Origin: Candidatus Woesebacteria bacterium
Lineage (GTDB): Bacteria > Patescibacteriota > Microgenomatia > UBA1400 > UBA12028
Assembly: GCA_040006915.1 (NCBI GenBank)
Contig: JBDTWD010000006.1
Coordinates: 1,897 to 65,896 of the forward strand
Direction of reading: 5' to 3'
Length of the DNA stretch: 64,000 nt
The notes beneath the pieces are model-generated. The model worked only from the letters and a program-made list of their open reading frames with translations, had not been told where the DNA came from and did no database searches. Position numbers and translations under genes: made by a program. Of the stretch, positions 50,319-57,312 are shown piece by piece (position 1 is the stretch's first letter; each line of letters opens with the position of its first letter).

Positions 50319-50592
50319 GCTCCCCGACTAGGACTCGAACCTAGAACCTTTTCGTTACAAGTGCCCTCTCATTACTGTGAGGCTTGGACTATCTCATATT
50401 CCTTTACAGGAACCCAGGTATATAGTCTCTACACATTTACCACATATTTTTTATGATACGTGGATTTAGCTCGGGATTGACCTCTCTTTTAGGAGAGGCG
50501 TCTTCCGAATTAGCCTGGTTTTTCAATCCGTATTACTACGGAAAGCTGCCGTTATTCAACAGCGAATTGCTCTACCATTGAGCTATCGGGGA
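50319..50592 (-). tRNA. tRNA-Asn(GUU) split by a 202-nt group I intron
   Basis: Exon 1 (50592-50559) is TCCCCGA-TA-GCTC-AATGGTA-GAGC-A-ATTCG-CTGT. Exon 2 (50356-50319) is TAA-CGAAA-AGGTT-CTAGG-TTCGAGT-CCTAG-TCGGGGA-G. The 7-bp acceptor stem pairs perfectly, the T-loop is TTCGAGT, and the discriminator is G73. The spliced anticodon loop is CUGUUAA. No CCA is encoded. Confidence 0.8.
50357..50558 (-). ncRNA. group I self-splicing intron (tRNA anticodon-loop type)
   Basis: P1 pairs exon GCUGU with IGS GCAGC, with a U.G wobble at the 5' splice site. P2 is CCGUA-GUAA-UACGG. P3 is CCAGG/CCUGG. P5 is CCUCUC/GAGAGG. The R-like element GUAGAGACUAUAUACC and S-like element GAGAUAGUCC form P7 (GACUAU/AUAGUC). 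P8 is UCCU/AGGG, P9 is CCUC/GAGG, and the intron ends in omega-G (..CACUUG). Confidence 0.75.
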
Positions 50593-50611
50593 TTGTGAAA
50601 GAACAAAGGTG

Positions 50612-50620
50612 ATTGTACCA
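50612..50620 (-). promoter_or_regulatory. extended -10 promoter element (TGgTACAAT) for the tRNA
   Basis: Minus-strand TGGTACAAT lies about 23 nt upstream of the tRNA 5' end; no good -35. Confidence 0.35.
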
Positions 50621-50644
50621 AAGGTTTTCTTGAGAAGAAAGAGC

Positions 50645-50890
50645 TTAAGTTCTGGAGATCACAATCTCGTCTCCATCGTCCTGATATGGGAGTGGACACT
50701 CATTTTGTGTCAGATTGAGATTAATACAATGATTTACACATCCAGGAGTACTCTTCAATAAATCGCAGACCTGAATCTCTGCTCCATCTCCAACGATCAA
50801 ATCAGGAAAACCAAAAACTGCCCAAGTACCAAGCCCGGTAATAATGGTGGTCTTTCGCCGATGATCGCATTTTGCTTCTTGCTCAGGCAT
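50645..50890 (-). CDS. hypothetical Cys-rich small protein
   Basis: 81 aa with six Cys; possible metal-binding. Confidence 0.35.
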   Translation of the reverse strand: MPEQEAKCDHRRKTTIITGLGTWAVFGFPDLIVGDGAEIQVCDLLKSTPGCVNHCINLNLTQNECPLPYQDDGDEIVISRT

Positions 50891-50935
50891 GGAACCACTA
50901 TAGGTTTAAGAACGATTCCTTGTCAAGAGAGATGC

Positions 50936-51016
50936 CTAGAATAGTTTTCCAATAATCCAGAAAATGAACAAAAGTCCGAGTGGGACACCGAGAATCCAGA
51001 GTACAATATATTTCAT
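50936..51016 (-). CDS. possible 26-aa single-TM micropeptide
   Basis: MKYIVLWILGVPLGLLFIFWIIGKLF with AAAGGAA SD 6-7 nt upstream. Confidence 0.3.
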   Translation of the reverse strand: MKYIVLWILGVPLGLLFIFWIIGKLF

Positions 51017-51095
51017 ATTTTCCTTTCTCTCTGTATAGATAAGGTAAGTGTAAGCCGCAGTAGTAAGAAGTCCGTAAGAGGAATAGAAACTTTTT

Positions 51096-52265
51096 ATGTG
51101 GAATCCCATCCCGACTATCATTCCTCCAGGACTGCTTCAAAAACTGAAGAAAGAACAGGACGAACTGCGTGCGCAGATCATTCTCTCCAAGCCACCCTAT
51201 CCAATTCACATCATTTCTGGCTGTGACAGTGCGTTGATCGGTGATGATATTTTTTCCGTCTTTGTCACCTTCTCCTATCCAGACTTAAAAGAACTCGAAA
51301 TAGTCACCAAACGCTCTCCTCTCCCACTTCCTTATATCCCTGGGTTTTTAGCCTTCCGGGAGATTCCCAATCTTCTCTTGGCATATACCAAGCTCAAAAC
51401 CAAACCAGACCTCATCATGGTCGACGGCCAAGGGATCATGCACCCTAGACGTATGGGTATTGCAACTCATCTGGGGATTAAGCTTCAGGTTCCAACCATA
51501 GGCGTCGGTAAAAGCAAACTATTTGGAACATATAGTGAACCTGACCTTGCGCCAGGCTCTTTCACTTCTGTCACCCATAAAGAAGAAGTCTTAGGAATTG
51601 CGTTGCGCTCTAAACTGCGCAGTAACCCCCTGTTTATCTCTCCCGGATACTTATGTGACATCGAAACTGCGAAAAATCTCGTCCTCGCTACCTTACGTGG
51701 ATATCGCCTGCCCGAACCCACACGGCTTGCGGACAAGTATTCTAAAATCTTAAAACCCGCCCAGTCTCTAGAAGAAAAAGCACGTACAATGAATCAAATG
51801 ATCAAACCGAATACTCCAGCACCAGACTTCTCCCTTCCCGATCAGGATGACACTATTCGAACACTATCTGACTATAAAGGGAAATGGCTCGTAGTCTATT
51901 TTTATCCGAAGGATGATACGCCCGGATGCACCAAGGAGGCCTGTTCGTTTCGCGACAATTCACACAAACTGTTAAAGCGCGAGGTGGCTGTCGTCGGAGT
52001 CTCGAAAGACAGTGTCAAATCTCATAAAAAATTTGTTGATAAATATTCCCTTCCCTTTACGTTGCTTTCTGATCCAGAAAAAGTGATGATCCACGCCTAT
52101 GGAGCTTGGGGCACAAAGAAATTTATGGGACGAGAATATGATGGCATTTTGCGTACGACTTTTTTAATTGATCCCACAGGCATCGTCAAAAAAGTGTACG
52201 AGAACGTAAAACCCGATGAGCATGCGATCGCTATCCTTCAAGATATTGAAGCTCTTTCCGTGTAG
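51096..52265 (+). CDS. nfi: endonuclease V fused in-frame to peroxiredoxin Bcp/PrxQ
   Basis: Residues 1-230 are EndoV-like (DSALIGDD..YIPGFLAFREIPNLL..MVDGQGIMHPRR..GVGKSKL). Residues about 250-389 are Bcp-like (APDFSLPDQDD..WLVVYFYPKDDTPGCTKEAC). No stop codon separates them. An internal Met (MNQMIKPN) could also initiate Bcp on its own. Confidence 0.75.
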   Translation: MWNPIPTIIPPGLLQKLKKEQDELRAQIILSKPPYPIHIISGCDSALIGDDIFSVFVTFSYPDLKELEIVTKRSPLPLPYIPGFLAFREIPNLLLAYTKLKTKPDLIMVDGQGIMHPRRMGIATHLGIKLQVPTIGVGKSKLFGTYSEPDLAPGSFTSVTHKEEVLGIALRSKLRSNPLFISPGYLCDIETAKNLVLATLRGYRLPEPTRLADKYSKILKPAQSLEEKARTMNQMIKPNTPAPDFSLPDQDDTIRTLSDYKGKWLVVYFYPKDDTPGCTKEACSFRDNSHKLLKREVAVVGVSKDSVKSHKKFVDKYSLPFTLLSDPEKVMIHAYGAWGTKKFMGREYDGILRTTFLIDPTGIVKKVYENVKPDEHAIAILQDIEALSV

Positions 52266-52281
52266 AATAACTCCTATCGGT

Positions 52282-55200
52282 ATGAAAAATGTACGAGCAG
52301 CATTGACTTGGATCGATCACAATCTTCTTCTCTTGTGTTGTTTTTTTCTGTTGGCTTTTATCCCCCTGTATCCCAAGATTCCCTTGTTTGATGCGCTGCC
52401 TGGGTACATTGTCAAAGTTAGAGTAGAAGACTTCCTGGTTGTCTTTACCGGCCTTGTATGGCTGATCGGAGTAATTCGTAAACGCATCGAATGGAACATT
52501 AGCTATTTCTGGTTTGTGGCCCTCTACGCAATTGCCGGACTACTCTCCATTGCTCTGGGTGCTACCCTTTTAAATACGATCCCCGTGCAACTGCTCCATA
52601 TTGGCAAAAGTGGTCTCACTTGGGCTCGATACTTAGAATACTTTTCACTACTTTTCTTCTTCTTTTCTGCCATCAAAACCAAACGTCATATCGCCATCAC
52701 TATCATAATTTGCATGCTCACTCTTCTGGGTGTCGTCGGTTATGGTATCGGACAAAAATACGCACACTTTCCCGTATACTCCACGATGAATCGCGAATAC
52801 AGCAAGGGAGAGAAATTGTATTTGCAGGCAGGCGCCAAACCTCAATCAACCTTTGCTGGCCACTACGATCTCGCTGCATATCTAGTCATCATCTTACCGA
52901 TTCTTTTCTCTTTAGCATTAGGAAAAATGCGCCAGAAATTTACTGTGAAGAATTGGGGTATCGCCATTGTCATCATGGGAGTACACCTTACTGGCCTCTT
53001 CATGTTGGTACTGACTGCTTCTGCTACAGCTTTAGGCGGATATGGGATTGCGATGATTATAGTGGCACTGTTTCATCTCTGGCGTCTTCCGACCCTCAAA
53101 ACCAGACTTGCCTGGGGAGCTATTGCTCTTCTGCTAGCATTTATCGGACTGGCTGGTGTCTGGTTTATCGCTCCAGCAACCACCAAAGAGAAAGCCGTAG
53201 GACTACTGTTTGGAAAATCATCATCTGATATCCCAACTGACTTACTCGGTGACGGGTATGAGGACAAGCGCGTCGGCACTGCACAGCCAGATGGGACGAT
53301 CAAATATACGATTGTGCGTCAAAAAAGTACCTGGTCAGCCAACGCCTTAAAGTATGGGATCTCCATGGGAATCCGACTTGATACTTTATGGCCGCAAGCA
53401 CTCTTAGGGCTAGCTCGCAGTCCTTTAAGTGGGAGTGGCTATGGAACTCTAGCAATGCTTGATACTCAAGGATTTACAGAAGCAGATAGTACAGACAATA
53501 ATTTCTTGCGGACTTTAGGAGAGACAGGACTGGTTGGCTTCATTCTCTTCTATGGCATTATTTTTTCAGTCGCTCTAGCGACTTTTAAAGCCGGAAAGAA
53601 ATCACAAGATGAAACAACGAGCGGGTTGTCCATTGGATTATTTGGGGCGGTAATTGGCCTTTGTATCACTGCAATTTATTTAGATGTTTTTGCTGCATCC
53701 AAAGTTGCTTTTACGTTTTGGGCACTCACTGGCGTAGTATTACGCGCAATCTATATTCAGTATCCTGCCGTACTCATAGCTCCTGTGCAAAAATTCCGAA
53801 CCCATTTCTTCCGTCATTGGCCACTCTATGTAATCATCGTTTTGGCATTTTTCTTGCTACATCAAAATCCATTCTTACAACACACACCTACCAAAGATAT
53901 TGAGAACATGACAGCAGGTCTACAAAACCTCACCGCTGCTAAATGTCTTAATTCCGTTGGCAGTTTAAGTCTGTGTCGCAACTCAGGATTGGTATCTGCC
54001 TCACATCTTTCGTTCTACGCACTACTCCTCTCACTACTCTTACGACTCACCCCAGTATACGGAGTCTTTGCATATCTGAATCTGATGCTGATTGTGCTTT
54101 CTCTCATTGTTACATATCTATTGATACGTAAACGCGTCTCCAGACAAAGCACGATCGTAATTTTACTGTTTGGAGTTGGCTCTACGAGTCTGCATCAGTT
54201 GACTCAATCACCACTTCCTGAACTTTCATTCTGGCTACTGGTATTGTATCCATTGCTTGCCTTGGGACTCACTTTTGTCCTCAAATATAAACCGCTTCGA
54301 ATCATCGTAAGCATATTCAGTATCCTTTTGATTGTAATGGCCTTTGTGCACACTGATTTCTTACTTCGATTTCAAAACCGTGTTCCTAACTTTGCAACCG
54401 AGTCTATCCAAGTTGCCAATAACTCAATTGCCAAATCTATAGCCAAACCTGCGTATTTAATGAGTAGCTTAAATCCATACTTTGCGGATTTATATACACT
54501 ACCCAATTACACACTTTTGCCACTCTCAAGCCACCAACAGTATGCCGATCATCCGAGAAACATCTGGGAACAAACCAAGTCACCAAATGAACTAGTTGAA
54601 ACCAGCAATCTATTCGTCAGTGACTACCAAGCTCAAACAGGACAGCCCTACAATGCTGATTTTGAAACTGTGAAAAAAGCTTTTGATACTCACTATGTGA
54701 GACTAGGATGCAATGAACTCTGTAATATTTATAAGCTGACCAGTCCAAAACCCATCGTATCAGCTGACCCATTGGCTGTTTTTACCAACACCAGAATGGC
54801 AGTGCAAAAACTACCGACGACCTATCAATTTGCAGTGGTACCAAATGATTTTGACCCCAATCTACAGGACTCAACTATTTTCTATACCACAGCAACGTTT
54901 ACGAAGCGTCTGCTACCACTCCAAAACCAAAAAGAAAATTTCATGGTCCTCACTGGTGATGCGGTTCATAAACCGGAGAAAGTGCACGCAAACTTTACAC
55001 AGGCTTTTGCTTTCGCTACCGATTTTCCGATTTTATACGCACAAGGAAACGAAAAACTCCAACCCATTAAATATTTTGACGGAGAATTCCAAAGTTTCTT
55101 TACCCCGACAGAATACTTTATCCTTCTTGATATCCAACCCGACTCTCATATCGGTGACGACGAAAAGCTTCGCTTGTATGATGCCTTTTTACAGATTGAG

Positions 55201-55509
55201 AAACTGCCAAACATTCAATCAGTGTTCATCATTTCTCATGACTTAAACTGGCAGAATACCAGTGATCCAGAGAATGCGATGCATGCCATTGAAAAGAAAT
55301 TGGCAGCCTTCCCAAATCTTCACACTTATATCCTGACTGCAAACCATAGGAACAATTTAATGAAAGCGGAAAGCTGGTATGAAACCAAGACCAGTAGAAA
55401 CGTAACGTATGCAGCAGCCTTAACGGCTGGCAATACACGAGACGTATCATTCCAGGTACAAGTGAATCCTAGAAACGTTGAGATTAATCCACTTCAATTG
55501 GGAGAATGA
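52282..55509 (+). CDS. large polytopic membrane protein with O-antigen ligase/polymerase (Wzy_C)-like N-terminal region and ~450-aa C-terminal soluble domain
   Basis: About 1076 aa. N-terminal TM bundle PLYPKIPLFDALPGYIVKVRVEDFLVVFTGLVWL is typical of the O-antigen ligase family. A second TM cluster follows, then a large C-terminal domain of unknown fold. Confidence 0.5.
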   Translation: MKNVRAALTWIDHNLLLLCCFFLLAFIPLYPKIPLFDALPGYIVKVRVEDFLVVFTGLVWLIGVIRKRIEWNISYFWFVALYAIAGLLSIALGATLLNTIPVQLLHIGKSGLTWARYLEYFSLLFFFFSAIKTKRHIAITIIICMLTLLGVVGYGIGQKYAHFPVYSTMNREYSKGEKLYLQAGAKPQSTFAGHYDLAAYLVIILPILFSLALGKMRQKFTVKNWGIAIVIMGVHLTGLFMLVLTASATALGGYGIAMIIVALFHLWRLPTLKTRLAWGAIALLLAFIGLAGVWFIAPATTKEKAVGLLFGKSSSDIPTDLLGDGYEDKRVGTAQPDGTIKYTIVRQKSTWSANALKYGISMGIRLDTLWPQALLGLARSPLSGSGYGTLAMLDTQGFTEADSTDNNFLRTLGETGLVGFILFYGIIFSVALATFKAGKKSQDETTSGLSIGLFGAVIGLCITAIYLDVFAASKVAFTFWALTGVVLRAIYIQYPAVLIAPVQKFRTHFFRHWPLYVIIVLAFFLLHQNPFLQHTPTKDIENMTAGLQNLTAAKCLNSVGSLSLCRNSGLVSASHLSFYALLLSLLLRLTPVYGVFAYLNLMLIVLSLIVTYLLIRKRVSRQSTIVILLFGVGSTSLHQLTQSPLPELSFWLLVLYPLLALGLTFVLKYKPLRIIVSIFSILLIVMAFVHTDFLLRFQNRVPNFATESIQVANNSIAKSIAKPAYLMSSLNPYFADLYTLPNYTLLPLSSHQQYADHPRNIWEQTKSPNELVETSNLFVSDYQAQTGQPYNADFETVKKAFDTHYVRLGCNELCNIYKLTSPKPIVSADPLAVFTNTRMAVQKLPTTYQFAVVPNDFDPNLQDSTIFYTTATFTKRLLPLQNQKENFMVLTGDAVHKPEKVHANFTQAFAFATDFPILYAQGNEKLQPIKYFDGEFQSFFTPTEYFILLDIQPDSHIGDDEKLRLYDAFLQIEKLPNIQSVFIISHDLNWQNTSDPENAMHAIEKKLAAFPNLHTYILTANHRNNLMKAESWYETKTSRNVTYAAALTAGNTRDVSFQVQVNPRNVEINPLQLGE

Positions 55510-55515
55510 TTTTTT

Positions 55516-56760
55516 TTAAGCGACGAAAGTTAAAGCCTTACCGACCTTACCAGCGCGACCAGTTCGGCCAATGCGATGGATATAGTCTTCGTAGGAGTTT
55601 GGTTCGTCATAATTGATCACGTGAGTGACATCATTGATATCCAAACCACGGGCAGCAACGTCGGTCGCTAACAGCGCTTTGACGCGTCCCCGTTTGAAGT
55701 CTTCGAGTGATCGTTGACGAGCCCCTTGGGTTTTGTTCCCGTGGATACTCGTGACCCGGAGGCCGCGATCAAGCAAGATCTCTTCTAGTTTGGAAATCCC
55801 ATGTTTGGTACGACCGAACACAATGGCTCGTTCGCAATCCTGTGAGAGTAACAACTGAGTCAAGACATCAATTTTGTTTCCACCTGGTGGAACCCGGATG
55901 ACGTCTTGATCAATATGTTCATTTGTTTCAGTGACTTTAACACTGATACGGACAGGATCTTGGAGGAAGGTACGCATAATCTCTTCCACGTCTTTGGTGA
56001 TTGTGGCACTAAAGCACAGTGAATGTCGTTCCTTTGGGAGTAACGAGATCAAGTACTGAATATCTTTACGGAATCCAATATCAAGCATACGGTCCACTTC
56101 ATCAAGAACGATGGTGGTGAACAGCTCAGGTTTTAATGAGCGACGTTCAATCAGATCTTTTAATCGACCTGGGGTACCGATAACGATATGTGGGTTTCGT
56201 GAGAGCGATTGCATTTGGGCAGAGACACTTAAGCCTCCGACACATAACACCATTCCCACTGGAAGACCACGGGACAGAGAGCGGCATTCTTCTTCGACTT
56301 GGACCGCAAGTTCCCGGGTAGGAACCACGATCAGAGCCCCCTCTTGGGGATTGTTCGCAATACGATGCAAGATCGGAAGCAAGAATGCAGCTGTCTTTCC
56401 AGTACCGGTGTTCGCCAGTCCGACGACGTCTTTTCCAAGCATTGCTGCTGGAATCGCTTGGTCTTGGATTGGAGTCGGCTCAGTGTATCCATGCTTGGTG
56501 ATGTTTGACATCAGTTGGGCATGAAGGTTGAAATCAGCAAACGTGTTCGTAATAGGGGTAGGTGCTACCTCTGGACGTTCAGTTGCGTGATTGACATACA
56601 ATGACGGATGAATGTATTTGGGTCGAGGTCCACCTTGTGAGCGGGGTCCGCGACTACCAAACGAAGATCTTCCTCCTGAGGACGGGCGACTATTATAGCC
56701 TCCACCATAAGAAGGACGACTGGAATATCCACGGGATTGTGGACGAGCGTTATATGACAT
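55516..56760 (-). CDS. DEAD-box ATP-dependent RNA helicase with N-terminal RGG/SYGG low-complexity tail
   Basis: Q-motif FADF..GYTEPTPIQ, Walk A ANTGTGKT, DEVD, SAT, and HRIGRTGRAG motifs. The first about 50 aa (MSYNARPQSRGYSSRPSYGGGYNSRPSSGGRSSFGSRGPRSQGGPRP) form the low-complexity tail. Confidence 0.85.
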   Translation of the reverse strand: MSYNARPQSRGYSSRPSYGGGYNSRPSSGGRSSFGSRGPRSQGGPRPKYIHPSLYVNHATERPEVAPTPITNTFADFNLHAQLMSNITKHGYTEPTPIQDQAIPAAMLGKDVVGLANTGTGKTAAFLLPILHRIANNPQEGALIVVPTRELAVQVEEECRSLSRGLPVGMVLCVGGLSVSAQMQSLSRNPHIVIGTPGRLKDLIERRSLKPELFTTIVLDEVDRMLDIGFRKDIQYLISLLPKERHSLCFSATITKDVEEIMRTFLQDPVRISVKVTETNEHIDQDVIRVPPGGNKIDVLTQLLLSQDCERAIVFGRTKHGISKLEEILLDRGLRVTSIHGNKTQGARQRSLEDFKRGRVKALLATDVAARGLDINDVTHVINYDEPNSYEDYIHRIGRTGRAGKVGKALTFVA

Positions 56761-56958
56761 ACATTTCCTCTATTCTTTCGAGGAAAATGACGCCATATAG
56801 GGCTCAAAATCCTCAGACCATCTCAGAGTTACTGAATGGAAAAAATAATACTACCTTAGGGAGAGAATCACATTGGCGTCTGTCTTTTTGACTGACGACT
56901 TCACTACCGAAGAGCTACAGTATAGCACGTATATCCTATAACACAAGGAGCGGCCCTC

Positions 56959-57195
56959 CTAATGAGCCAAAACCCAATTAATGACTTCCCTTGCTAAGCT
57001 TGGAGTAATGAGTCTTTCGGAATCTGTAAAATCTCGCGTTTTCCCGTTCTCGTCAAGTAAAGCCAGGAAATCAGCAGCCTTCCTTCGTGCCGAAAGATCG
57101 TTAAAAGCGAGCTCAACCTTCCCTTCTTCCCTTTGGAAAGCGTCGATTGGGCCTAACAGTCTCAAGTCATTCACTTCAGGATTTAAGAGAGACAT
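56959..57195 (-). CDS. hypothetical small protein
   Basis: 78 aa, no motif. Confidence 0.3.
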   Translation of the reverse strand: MSLLNPEVNDLRLLGPIDAFQREEGKVELAFNDLSARRKAADFLALLDENGKTRDFTDSERLITPSLAREVINWVLAH

Positions 57196-57312
57196 AGATT
57201 CCTTTCTCTAATTTTATCCACAATAGACCTTTTAAAGGCAAAAACAAGGTGAATTCAAAAAGGGCCAGAGATTGCTCTCTAGCCCTTGAGGTTTTTAAGT
57301 TACGCGCAAGCT

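Noticed and set aside
50898-51209. 103-aa minus-strand ORF overlapping the nfi start and the micropeptide
   Set aside because: No RBS and no motif. It overlaps two better-supported genes, so it is likely spurious.
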